From the human T2T-CHM13v2.0 reference genome, Homo sapiens: a stretch of DNA of 64,000 nucleotides. Location: the NCBI GenBank assembly GCA_009914755.4, contig CP068257.2:7520001-7584000 (forward strand), read 5' to 3'. The number at the start of each line of letters is the position of its first letter. Positions within the stretch are counted from its first letter, which is position 1. The translations under genes were made by a program, and so were the position numbers. The notes below the pieces were generated by a model. That model was not told the DNA's origin. It ran no database searches and saw only the letters and a list, made by a program, of their open reading frames with translations. Shown one piece after another: positions 1-12,547 of this stretch.

Positions 1-9
1 CCCAGCAAG

Positions 10-3000
10 CTCCTCATTTTCATGTGAGACCTTCTAAGCCTGGTGATCACTGTCCATCCTTCTGTCACCTTTTTAATTATAACTATTTAACAAGTCTCTA
101 CACTGTTCCAAACTTTTCCTCATCTTCCTGTCTTCTTCCAAGACCTCCAAACTCTCCAACCTCTGGCCATTACACACTTCTCAACCTGCTTCTACATTTT
201 CAGCTACGTTTGTCACAGCCTGGCAATGTGGTAAAAGAAGAAAAGTCTATTTCAGGAGAAAAATTAATGCAGGCTTCAGACATTTGCCTGAAAAGAAGCT
301 GAGTGCTGATTGCCAAGAGAATAGGAAAAAGGCCTTGAAGGCATTTCATAGTTCCACTTTATAGCATTATTTTTCTGTATAATCAGAAAGAAAAGAGGTT
401 GAACTGGCTCATGGTTCTACAAGCTTTAAATAAATCATAGAGGCTTCTGCTTCTGGGAGGACTCAGGAAGCCTCCCAATCATACCAGAAGACCAAGCAGC
501 AATGGGATGTTTTATATGGCAGTAGTAGAAACAAAACAGAGAGAGGAAAAAGGTGCCACGCGTTGTATAACCCTGTTATACAACCAGATTTCCTGAGAAC
601 TCATTATCACAAGGTCAGTATCAAGAAGATGTTGCTTAACCATTGGTGAAAGTTCTGCCCCCTACCACCCACACCCCTCACTGTTTCCGGGCAGAAGCCT
701 GAGGAAGAGGCAGAGCCACTAGGAAAACCTCTAATAGGGCAGAGCAGAAAAAGTATATGGGCTTGGAGGCCCCACACAGGAGTTTACCATCCTCAGACCC
801 CAGATTCATAGACTCACCAACAGCTTGCACTCTCAGTATGGAAAAGCTACAGGCATTCAAGCAACAGCCCAGCCTATGAGGGCAGCCATGGGGGCTACAA
901 CCTGCAAAGCCATAGGTGCACTGCCCTGGTGGAGGTTTTCCTTGAGGCTTTGCCTCTGCAGCAGGCTACTCCCCCTTACTACTGCCCACGAACCTCTCAC
1001 CACCCTACTGCCAGCCTACTCCTCCCCATCCTACCCATTTGTTTTCCCTTCCACCCCTACCAACCTCCTGTTTGTGATTAAATCACCTCCCACCAGGCCC
1101 AACCTACAACTGTCAGGAATACAATTCCCCGTGAGTTTTTGTAGGGAAACACAGCCAAACCATATTATCCTGACCCTGACACCCCCACATCTCATGTCCT
1201 TCTCACACAGAAAAATACAAACATGCCTTTTCAAAAGTTTCAAAAAGTCTTAACTCATTCCAGCAGTAACTCAAAGGTAGTAAGTTCAAGTCTCATCCAA
1301 GACAAGGCTGCAATCCCTTCTGCCTATGAGTCCCTGAATGTAAAAGACAATTCTTTTCTTTCAAGTTACAATGATGGCACAGGCATTGGGTAGGCTTTCT
1401 TAAACCAAAGGGAAGGTTTTCCCAGAAAAATAACACAAATGGGACACAGGCCCAATCCGACTCCAAAACCCAGCAGGACAGCATTCATTTATCACGAGAA
1501 CTCACTATCACACAGACTGCATTAAGGAGATAGTATTTAAACATTTGTGAAGGATCTGCCACCCATCCCCATGTTTCACCCTCACCCACACCATGAACCT
1601 CCATTCTCCCACATCCCCCTTCCAACCCCCATTCTCTACCATGATTAAATCACCTTCTACGAAGCCCCACACTTAACATTCCCCATTATAATTCCACATG
1701 AGTTTTGGTAGGGACACAGAGCCAAATCGTATTATTCTCCTTTGGCCCCCCAATCTCACACCCTTCTCATACTGCAAAATACAATGATGCATTCTCTACA
1801 GTCCCCCAATGTCTGAACTCATTCCAGCATTTACTCAAATGTCCATTTGTGAAGGATCTACCCCCTACCCCTGCCTTTCACCCCCAACCCCACCACAATC
1901 GCCCCCAACCCTCCCCACCCCTTAATCCCCCCAACCCTCCCCACCCCCAACCATCTAACCTCCACTCTTCACCATGATTAACTCACCTTCCACCAGCCCC
2001 CACCTTTAACATTTCCCATTAAAATTCTACATGAGTTTTGGTAGAGACACAGAGCCAAAACATATTATTCTGTCCCTGGTCCCCCAAAGTTCATGTCTTT
2101 CTCACATTGCAAAATGCAATGAGGCCTTCCCTAGAGTCCCCCAAATCTTAACTCATCCCAGCATTTACTCAAATGTCCAAAGGCCAAAGTCTTCTCTGAG
2201 ACAAGGCTGCCATATCTTCTGCCCTGAGCCTCTGAAATACAAAGCAAGTTAACCACTTCCAAGTTACAATGATTGTACAGGCATTGGGTAAGCATTCCAA
2301 GCCAAAAAGTAGAAATTTCCCAGAAAGAAGCACAAAACACAGATGGGACTTACAAACCCCCTGCAAGTCAAAAACCCAGCAGGCCAGGCATTCCATCATA
2401 CAGCTCCAAATCATCTTTTTGGAATCTATGTCCACATCCAGAGCACAGGGTTTTGTGATGGCTGGGATCCCAAGGCCTTGGGCAGCTCTGCACATGTGGC
2501 ATTGCAGAATCTTCCCCCTACAGCTGCCCTCATTGGCTAGGCTGGTGTTGAGTGCCTGTAGCTTTTCAACACTAAGGGTGCAAGCAGCTGGTGGGTCTAT
2601 GATACTGGGGTCTGGAAAATGGTGCCTCCCTGTATGGGGACTCCAACCCTACACTTTCCTTTTGTACTGCCCGAGTAGAGGTTTACCATGAGGCTCTGCC
2701 TCTTGGAAAAGCTTCTAGTTAGACACTCAGGATTTCTGATATATCCTCTGGAGTCCAGACCAAGGCTCTGAAGCTTCTAGTCCTGTGCTTTATGCACCTG
2801 CTGGCTTAACACTATGTGGAAGCCACCAAGGCTTGGAGCTTGCATCCTCTGAAGCAGTGACACAAGCTGTACCTGTGCATCTTTCATCCATGGCTGGAGC
2901 TGGAAAAGGAGCTGCAGGGATGCAGGCAGCAGTGTCCTGAGGCTGCACACAGCAGTGGAGCCATGGGGCTGGGCCAGGAAACTATTCTTTTCTCCTAAAC

Positions 3001-3437
3001 CCCAGGGCCAGTGACAGCAAGGGCTGCTACAAAGTCTCTGAAACGCCTTCAAGGCCTTTTTCCCATTGTCTTGAATTATTAGCACTGGGCTCCTTTTTAG
3101 GCAAATATCCGAAGGCTTCTTGATTTTCCCCCTGAAAATCAGCTTTTCTTTTTGACCATTTGTCCATATTACAAATTTTCCAAATGTTGAAGCTCTGCTT
3201 CTCATTTAAATATAAGTTCCAACTTATGGTAATTTCTTTCATCACACATAGGAGCACAGGCTGTTCGACGTAGGCCGGACAACTCTTCAGCTTTGCTGCT
3301 TAGAAGTTCATTCCACCAGATACACCCTAAATCATCACCCTAAAGTTCAGTTTCACAGATCTCCAGGGAATGGTCACTGTGTAGCCAATTACTTTGCTAA
3401 GGCAAAAGAAAAAAACCTTGGCTCCTTTTCCCAGTAA
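10..3437 (-). repeat. Array unit A (3428 bp): MaLR-int 3' part, LTR with about 400-bp inverted insert, MaLR-int remainder with nested partial LTR-end duplications
   Basis: Bounded by consecutive copies of the marker ttcctcattttcat. Internal sub-repeats of about 0.55 kb at about 1060-1260, 1635-1830 and 1975-2170 each begin catgattaaatcacctt ... acatgagttttggtag.gacacagagccaaa. Confidence 0.75.
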
Positions 3438-6400
3438 GTTCCTCATTTTCATCTGAGACCTTACAAGCCTGGCCTTCAGTGTCCATCCTTCTGTCAGCCT
3501 TTTAATCATAACTATTTAACAAGTCTCTGCAATGGTCCAAACTTTCCCTCATCTTGCTATCTTCTTCCAAGCTCTCCAAACTCTCTAACCTCTGGCCATT
3601 AACCAATTTGGAACCTGCTTCTACACTGTCAGCTATCTTTGTTGCAGCCTGGCGATATGGTAAAAGAAGAAAAGTCCATTATCAGGGGAAACATCAAGAT
3701 GGCCTCCAATATTTGCATTGAATAAAGCTCAGCGCTAATAGCCAAGAGAATGGGGGAAACGCCTAGAAGTCATTTCATAACTTCACTTCACAGCATTAAT
3801 TTTCTGTATCTACATAAAGAAAAGAGGTCTAATTGACTCACAGTTCTTCAGGCTGTAAAGAAAGCATAGTGGTTTCTGCTTGTAGGAGGACTCAGAAAGC
3901 CTCCCAATTATACCAGAAGGCCAAGCGGCAATGAAATATTTCATATGGCAGGAGTAGAAGCAAGACAGAGAGAGGAAAGAGGTGAGACATCCTGTTATAC
4001 AACTATATCTCATGAGAGCTCACTATCAGGAGATCAGCATCAAGAAGATTGTGCTTAACTGTTGGTGAAGGATCCGCCCACCTCCCCATATCCACCACCC
4101 ACTGTTTCCAAGCAGAAGCCTGAGGCAGAGACAGATCCCCTTGGAAAACCTCTACTAGGGCAGTACAGAAGGAAAATATGGGCTTGGAGCCCCCACGCCA
4201 CCATCCTCCAGACCCAAGAGTCATGGACCCACCAACAGCTCACACCCCCAGTATGGAAAAGCTTCAGGTACTCAACACCAGCCCAGCCCATGAGAGCAGC
4301 AGCAGGTGCTAAACCCTGCAAAGCCACAGGTGCAAAACCACAGGTGCACTGCCTTAGTAGAGGTTTTCCATGAGCCTCTGCCTCTGTGGCAGGCTACTCC
4401 CTTCCTGCTACACACCACCCTACAGCCAGCCTACTCCTCCCCCCCTTACCCACCTGTTTTTACTTCCAACCCCACCCATCTCCCATCCATGAATAAGTCA
4501 CCTCTCACCAGTCCCCACCTGCAACATTCGGGATTACAATTACATGTGAGTTTAGGTAGGGACACACAGCTAAACCATATTATTCTGACCCTGATCCCCC
4601 AATATCATATCCTTCTCACAGAGTAAAATACAATCATGCCTTTTCAAAAGTTGCCAAAAGTCTTAAGTCATTTCAGCATTAACTCGAATGTAAAAAGTTC
4701 CACGTCTCACCTGAGAAAAGGCTACAGTCCCTTTTGCCTATAAGTCCCTGAATTTAAAAGGGAGTTCTTTTCTTTCAAGGTACAATGATGGTACAGGCAT
4801 TGGGTAAGTTTTCTCAATCCAAAGGGTAGAGGTTTGCCAGGAAAATAACACAAATGGGATCACAGGGCCAATGCAAGTCCAAAACCCAGGAGACCAGTAT
4901 CCATTAAATCTCACAGCTCCAAAACCATCACGAGAACTCACCATCATGAGGAAAGGATTAAGGAGATGGTGTTTAACTATTTGTGAGGGATCATCCCCCC
5001 ACCCCCACTTTTCACCCCTCACCCCCAGCATAATCCACCCATCCTCCCCAGTCTCCACCTTCCAACACCCAGTTCCCTCCATGATTAAATCACCTTCCAC
5101 CTGGCCCCAATTTTAACATTTCTGATTACAATTCCACATGAGTTTCCATAGCGACACACAGCCGAATCTTATTATTCTGTCCCTGCCTCCCCAAATCTCA
5201 TGTCCTTCTCATTTTGCAAAATACAGTGATGCCTTACTTACAATTCCCCAAGCCACTATGCTTTTTTTTTACAGCCTGCAGAACCATCAGCCGATTAAAC
5301 CCCTTTTTGTTATGATCATACAGAAAATTAGTACTGTGAAGTGAAGCTATGAAATGCCTTCAATGACTTTTCCCCATCGTCTTGGCTAAGACCTCCAAGG
5401 TCTTAACTCATTCCAGCATTTACTTCAATGTCTGAAGCCCAAAGTCTCATCTGAGACAAAGATGCAGTCCCTTCTGTTCCTGAGCCTCTGAAATACAAAG
5501 CAAGTTAACTATTTCCAAGGTATGATTGTCCAGGCATTGAGTAAGAATTCCCACCCTAAAGGAAGATTTTTGCCAGAGAGAACAACGAAACACAAACGGG
5601 ACTTACAGGTCCCAGGAAAATCCAAAACCCAGCAGGCCAGTTACTCAAACCTACAGCTCCAAAGTCATCCTTTTTTAATCCTTGTCCCACATCCAGGGCA
5701 CAAGGGCATGAGGGCTGGACTCCCAAGGCCTTGGGCTGGTCTGCACCTGTGGCTTTGCAGTTTTCAGTCCCCACAGCTGCCCTCATGGGCTGTGCTGGTG
5801 TTGAGTGCCTGTAGTTTTTACCCACAGAGTGTACAAAGCTCTTGGTGGGTCTATGAATCTGGGGTCTGCATATGGTGGCCTCCAGTGTGGGGGCTCCAAC
5901 CCCCTATTTTCCTTCTGCACTGCCTTAGTAGAGGTTTCCCAGGAGGCTCTCCTTTTTTGGCAGCCTTCTGTCTGGACACCCAGGCATTTTCATACATCTT
6001 CCAAAATCTATATGAAGGCTCTGAAGCCTCTGGGCTAGTGCTCTATGGACTAGCTGGCTTAAGACTATGTGGAAGCCGTGAAGCCTTATAGCTTGTACCC
6101 TCTGAAGCAGTGATGCAATCTGTACCTGTGCATCTTTCAGCCAAGGTCGGAGCAGGAGCTGCGGCTGCTGGGATGCAGGCAGCAGTGTCCTGAGGCTGCA
6201 CACAGCAGCAGGGCCATGGGGCTGGCCCCAGAAACCATTCTTCTCTCCTAGGCCCCAGGGTCTGTGACACCAAGGGCTGCTGCAACCATCTCTGAAATGC
6301 CTCCAAGGCTTTTTCCCCCCATTGTCTTGGCTATTAGCACTGGCCTCCATTTTATGCAAATTTCTGGAGCCTTCATGAATTTTCCCCCTGAAAATCAGCT

Positions 6401-6712
6401 TTTCTTTTTGACCACTTGGCCAGGCTGCAAATGCTTCTAAACTTTTGAGCTCTGCTTGTCATTTAAATATAAGTTCCAACTTGAGGTCATTTCCTCGGTC
6501 ACACATAACCTCGGTCACACAAGAACACGGGCTGTTTGATGCAGACAGGATCCCCCTTGTGCTATGCTGCCTAGAAGTTCATTCCACCAGATATGCACTA
6601 AATCATCACCCTCAAGTTCAAAGTTTCACAGATCTCGAGGGCAAGGTCGCCCTGCAGCCATGTTCTTTGCTACAGCAAAACAAAAGTAACCTTGGCTCCT
6701 GTTCCCAGTAAT
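3438..6712 (-). repeat. Array unit B (3275 bp)
   Basis: Same internal organisation as unit A. LTR-like block at about 3820-4585. Confidence 0.75.
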
Positions 6713-9700
6713 TTCCTCATTTTCATGTGAGACCTTGTAAGCCTGGCCTTCACTGTCCATCCTTCTGCCAGCCTTTTAATCACAACTATTCAACAAGTGC
6801 CTACGATGGTCCAAAATTTCTTTCATCTTCCTGTCTTCTTTCAAGCTCTCCAAACTCTCCAACCTCTGGCTGTTACCCACTTCTGAACCTGCTTTACATT
6901 TTCAGCTATCTTTGTTGCAGCCTGACAATGTAGAAGAAAAAGAAGTCCATTTTCAGGGGGAAACTTCAAGAAGGCTTCAGATATTTGCATTAAAATGAAG
7001 TCCAGTGCTAATAGCCAAGACGATGGGGAAATGTCATTGAAGATATTTCATAGCTCCACTTCGCAGTACTTTATTTTCTGTATGATCATAATGAAAAGGG
7101 GTTTAATTGGCTCATGGTTCTGCAGGCTGTAAAGAAAGCATAGTGGCTTCTGCTTCTGGGAGGACTCAGGAAGACTCCCAATCATACCAACAGGAAAACA
7201 GCAATGAAATATTTCATACGGCAGGAGTAGGAGCAAGGCTGAGAGAGGAAAGAGGTGCCACACCGTTATATAACCAGATCTCATGAGAACTCACTATCAC
7301 TAGGTCAGCATCAAGAAGATGGTGCTTAACCATTGGTGAAGGATCCGCCCCCCAACACAGCTCCACCTCCTAGTGTTCCAGACAGAAGCCTGCTGCAGAG
7401 GCAGAGGCTCTTGGGAATCCTGTACTATGGCAGTGCAGAAGGAAAATAAGGGCTTTGACTGACTATGCAGGAGGCCACCATCCTCGAGACCCCAGATTCA
7501 TAGACCTACCAACAGTTCACACCCTCAGTATGGAAAAGTGATAGGCTCTCAACACCAGCCCAGCCCATGAGAGCAGCCATGGGGGCTAAAGCCTGCAAAG
7601 CCACAGGTGCACTGCCCTGGTAGAAGTTTTCCATGAGCCTCGGCCTCTGCAGCAGGCTACTCCCCCTTCCTAATATCCATCACCCTCCCACGGCCCTACA
7701 GCCAGCCTACTCTACCCCACCCTACCCACCCCTTTTTTCTTCCACCCCTACACCTCCCATCCATGATTAAATAATCTCCCACCAGGCCCCATCTCCAAAA
7801 TTTTGGATTACAATTCCACATGAGTTTTTCCAGGGGCACACAGCGAAATCATATTATGCTGACCTTGACCCCCCAAATATCATATCCTTTTCACAGAATA
7901 AAATACAATCATGCCTTTTCAAAGGTTTCCAAAAGGCTTAACTCCTTCCTGCATTAACTCAAATGTAAAAAGTTCTAAGTCTCATCTGAGACAAGGCTGC
8001 AGTCTCTTCTGCTTATGAGTCCCTGAAGTTAAAAGGGTGTTTGTTTCTTTCAAGGTACAATGATGGTACAGGTACTGGGTAAACTTTCTCAATCCAAAGG
8101 GAAGAAATTTCCAAGAAAAATAACACAAATGGGACCACAGGCCCAATGGACATCCAAAATCCAGTACGTCAGTGTTCATTCAATCTCACAGCTCCAAAGT
8201 CATGAAGAGAACTCACTATCAGAAGGACAGCATTAAGGAGATGGTGTTTAACCATTTGTGAAGGATCCACCCCCAGCCCTGCCTTTCACCCCCAACCCCA
8301 CCACAATCCCCTCCAACCCTCCCCACCCCCGATTCCCTCCAACCCTCTCCACCCCAGAATCCCCCCCACCCTCCCGGTGCCCCCAACCATCCAACCTCCA
8401 CTCTCCACCATGATTAAATCACCTTCCATCAGCCCCCACCTTTAACATTTTGCATTAACATTCCACATGAGCTTTGGTAGAGACAGAGAGCCAAAACCTA
8501 TTATTCTGTCTCTGGTCCCCCAAAGTTCATGTCTTTCTCACATTGCAAAATGTAATGATGCCTTCCCTAGAGTCTCTCAAATCTTAACTCATTCCAGCAT
8601 TTACTCAAATGCACAAAGCCCAGAGTCTTATCTGAGACAAGTCTACAGTCCCTCCTGCCCATGAGCCAGTGAATTGTAAAGCAAGTTTACTACTTCCAAG
8701 GTACAATGATTGTACAGGCAGTGGGTGACTCATAGGATACATAAGTGTCCAAAACCCAGCAGGCCAGTCACTTAATGCTACAGCTCCAAAATCACCATTT
8801 TTGAATCCTTGTCCCATATCCATGGCAGAGGGCTGTGAGGGCTGAGCTCCCAAGGCCTTGGGCAGATCTGCACCTGTGGCTTTGCAGCGTTCAGCCTCCG
8901 CAGCTGTCTCTCATGGACAGGGCTGTTGTTGAGTGCCCATAGCTTTTCCACAATGAGGGTGCAAGCTGTTTATGGGTCTATGAATCTGGGGTTTAGAGAA
9001 TGATGCCTCCCTGTGTGGGGGCTTCAACCCTATAGGTCCCTTCTTTGCTCCTCTAGTAGAGGTTCCCCATGAAGCTCTGCCTCTTGGAAAAGCTTCTTCC
9101 TGAACATCCAGGATTTTCTGTACATCTTCTGGAGTCTAGATGGGAGTTCTCAATCCTCTAATCTCTTTCTCTGTGCACCTACTGGCTTAACACTATATGG
9201 AAACCATCAAGACTTTGAGGCACCTCTGAAGCAATGACCCAAGCTGTACCTGTGCATCTTTCAGTCATGGCTGGTGCTGGAGCTGCACGGATGCTGGCAG
9301 CAGTGTCCTGCGGTTGAGCACAGCAGCAGAGCCATGGGACTGCCCTAGGAAACCATTCTTTTCTCCTAGGCCCCAGGGCCTGTGACAGCAAGGGCTGCTG
9401 CAGACATCTCTAAAATGCTTTCAAGGCCGGTTTCCCACTGTCTTGGCGTTTTGCACTGGGTTCCTTTTTATACAAATAACCTAAGCCTTCTTGAATTTTC
9501 CCCCTCAAAATCGGCTTTTCTTTTTGACCACTTAGCCAGGCTCCACATTTTCCAAACTTTAGATCTCCACTTGAAGTTCCAACTTGAAGTCACTTCTTAG
9601 GTCACCCATAAGAACACAAGCTGTTCAATGTAGGCAGAACACCTCTTGTGCTATGCTGCCTAGATGTTCATTTCACCAGATACATCCTAAATCATCACCC

Positions 9701-9801
9701 CCAAGTTCATAGTTTCACAGATCTCCAGGGCAGGGTCCCCATGCAGCCAGCTTCTTTGCTAAGGCCAATCAAATGTAATCTTGTCTCTTGTTCATAGGAA
9801 A
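6713..9801 (-). repeat. Array unit C (3089 bp)
   Basis: Same organisation. LTR-like block at about 7100-7860. Confidence 0.75.
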
Positions 9802-11711
9802 TTCCTCATTTTCATCTGAGAACTTTTAGGTCTGGACTTCAGTGTTTACACTTTTGTCAGCCTTCCTATCACAAGTATTTAACAATTCTCTATAGTGGTC
9901 CAATATTTTCCTCATCTTGCTGTCTTCTAAGCTTTCCCAACTCTTCTGACCTCTGTCTTTTACCCACTTCTGAACCTGGTTCTACATTGTCAGCTATCTT
10001 TATCACAGCCTGGCAATGTGGTAAAACAGAAAAGTCCATTTTCAGGGGGAAAGTTCATGAAGGATTCAGATATTTGCATGAAAAGAAGCTGAGTGCTGGT
10101 TGCCAAGACAAAGGGGAAAGGGCCTTGAAGGCATTTCATGGCTCCACTTCATAGTACTAATTTTCTGCATGATCATAAAGAAAAGAGGTTTAATTGGCTC
10201 ACGGTCCAGCAGGCTGTAAAGGAAGCACAGTGGCTTCTGCTTCTGGGAGGATCAGATCAGGAAGCCTTCCAATCATACCAGAAGGCCAAGGGGCAATGAG
10301 ATGTTTCAAATGGCAGGGGTAGAAGAAAGACTGAGAGAGGAAAGAGGTGCCACCCCCTGTTATATAACCAGATCTCATGAGAACACACTATCATGAAGAC
10401 AGCATCAAGAAGATGTTGCCTAACCATTGGTGAAGGATTTGCCTCCCACCCCCACCTCCCACTGTTTCCAGGCAGAAGCCTGCTGCAGATGAAGCGTTCT
10501 TGGGAAACCTCTACTAGGGCAGTGCAGAAGGAAAATATGGACTTGGAGCCCCCATGCAGGGGGCCACCACCCTCCAGACCCCAGATACATAGACCCACCA
10601 ACAGCTTGCACCCTCCGTGTGGAAAAGCTACAGGCACTCAACACTAGTCCAGTCCATGAAAGCAGCCATTGGGGCTCAAACCTGCAAAGCCACAGGTGCG
10701 CTTCCCTAGTAGGGATTTTCCATGAGACTCTGCCTCTGCAGCAGGCTACTACCCCTTCCTACTACCCACCACCCTCCCACCACCGTACAGCCAGTCTACT
10801 CCCTCCCACCCTACCCACCCCTTTTTCCCTTCCACATCCACCCCCACCCATCCATGATTAAATCACTCCCTCCCTCTCCCTGTCATAATCTAATCCCTCC
10901 AAACCCTTCCAATCCTTGTTTGCTACCCACTACTGAGCCTGCTTCTACTTTTTCAGATATCTGTATAGCAGGTTGGCTATGTAGCAAGAACAAAAATCCC
11001 ATTTAAGGGGAAACATTCAAGAAGATTTCAGAAATTTGCATATAAAGAAGCCCTGTGCTAATAGCCAAAACAAAGGGAAAAAGGCCTTGAAGACATTTCA
11101 CAGCTCCTCTCTGCAGTTCTACTTTTCTGTATTATTGTAAATAAAAGAGGTGTAATTGACTCATGGTTCTGCAAGCTGTGAAGGAAGTATAGTGTCTTCT
11201 GTTTCTGTGAGGAATCAGGAAGCCTCCTCATTATATCAGAAAGCCAAGGGACAATGAGATGTCTCCTAAAGCAGAAGCAGGAGGATGAGATCTGTTAAAC
11301 AACCAGATCTCATGGGAACTCACTCATTATCAGGAGTATAGCATCAAGGTGATGGTTCTTTATCATTCGTGAAGTATCTACCTGCACCATTTTATGACTA
11401 AATCTTTTTCCACCTAGACCTTGCCTGTAACATTACAAAATATAATTCCACATGAGTTTTGGTAGGGACATAGACAAAAACCGTATTATTCTGTCCTTGA
11501 CCCAATGAATCTCATGTCCTTCTCACATTGCAAAATACAAACATGCCTTGCCAGCAGTCTCCCAAATTCTTAACTCATTTCAGGATTAACTCAAAGTTAC
11601 AAAGTCCAAAGTCTCATCTGGGTCAAGGCTACAGTCTCTTTTGCCTATGAGTCTCTGAAATAAAAAGCAGGCATTGTGTAAGCTTTCCATTTCCAAAAGG
11701 AAGACATTTTC
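9802..11711 (-). repeat. Array unit D, shortened (about 1.9 kb), with a truncated LTR (10185-10870) and an extra LTR copy (about 11130-11470)
   Basis: Begins with the same marker. Its LTR lacks the ggattacaattccacatgag segment. The internal region has deletions relative to units A-C. Confidence 0.6.
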
Positions 11712-12300
11712 CAGAAAGCTTCTTATTTCTCTCTGAGACCTCCTCAGCCTGGCCTTCACTGTCCATGTTTCTGTCAGGATTTTTGTCACAACCATTGAAC
11801 CAGACTCTAAGATGGTCCAAAAGTTTTCTCATCTGTCTTCTTTTGAGCCCTCCAAACTCTTCCAACCTCCGTCCATTACCTGGTTCCAAAGCTGCTTCCA
11901 CATTTCCAGGTATCTTTATAGCAACGCTCCAGTCCTCATTTGCCATTTCCCGTATGATTTATTTTGAAAAAGAGGTTTAATTGGCTCATGGTTCTAAGCA
12001 CAGTGCTTCTGCTTCTAGGCCTCAGAAATCTTTCAATAATCATGGAAGGCAAAGAAAGAATCAATTGTCTCACATGGCAAGGAGAAAACACGGAAAGTGG
12101 GGAGGTGATATAGAGATTTCAGTGACTACATCTCATGAGAAGTTACTCATTATTGTGAGGATGGTACAAGGGGATGGTGCTGAACCATTCATGAGAAATT
12201 TGCCTTCATAATTCAATCACATTATACCAGGATCCACCTTCCACATTAGGAAATATAATTCAACATGAGATTCGGTGGGGACACATATTCAAATTGCATC
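11712..12300 (-). mobile_element. Terminal near-canonical MaLR copy: internal 3' end followed by a THE1/MST-like LTR (about 11960-12300), antisense
   Basis: gaaaaagaggtttaattggctcatggttctaagcacagtgcttctgcttctaggcctcag ... ggaaatataattcaacatgagattcggtggggacacatattcaaattgcatca is close to the reverse complement of the THE1/MST LTR consensus. It lacks the insert seen in units A-D. Confidence 0.7.
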
Positions 12301-12547
12301 ATCAATCTTTGAATATAAAGACATCCACAGCAGGCTTTATCCAGCCAACTTCTTTGAGACTCTTTATAGAGTTTTAAGTCTAGAGCATATACACTAAAAT
12401 ATTCATACTTCGAAAAGCAATAAAGTGGTATTATCATTTTTCCAAAAGTTACAGCAGTAGTTTAGGCATTCATAGTATGATTTAGTTCACGATTGCTACT
12501 GTTTCTATTCTATCACCATATTAACTGTTTCCTATACAATTCTGTAT

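Larger units (their letters stand above)
1..12300 (-). repeat. Tandem array of ERVL-MaLR (THE1/MST-like) LTR+internal units in antisense orientation; 4 long units plus 2 short degenerate terminal copies
   Basis: The marker ttcctcattttcatgtgagacc recurs at 10, 3438, 6713, 9802 and, degenerate, at 11712. LTR-like blocks (aaaagaggtttaattggctcatggttctgcaggctg ... catgattaaatcacc ... ggattacaattccacatgagttttggtagggacacagagccaaaccatattat) match the reverse complement of the MaLR LTR consensus (TGATATGGTTTGGCTGTGTCCC ... GGTTTAATGGACTCACAGTTCC). They lie at about 400-1170, 3820-4585, 7100-7860, 10185-10870, 11130-11470 and 11960-12300. The ORF track shows the same peptide motifs recurring with this period. 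Confidence 0.8.

Noticed and set aside
825-6091. Long ORFs within the tandem array (for example 825-1253 at 142 aa and 5522-6091 at 189 aa)
   Set aside because: They are proline/serine-rich and low in complexity. They occur on both strands and repeat with the array period. They are explained by the C/A-rich, stop-poor composition of MaLR-derived repeat DNA. The track also counts TTG and GTG starts, which is inappropriate for human DNA.
1-12300. Possible D4Z4-type (DUX4-containing) 3.3-kb macrosatellite, suggested by the unit size
   Set aside because: The sequence is not GC-rich, has no double-homeobox ORF, and is clearly MaLR-derived. The size coincidence is incidental.
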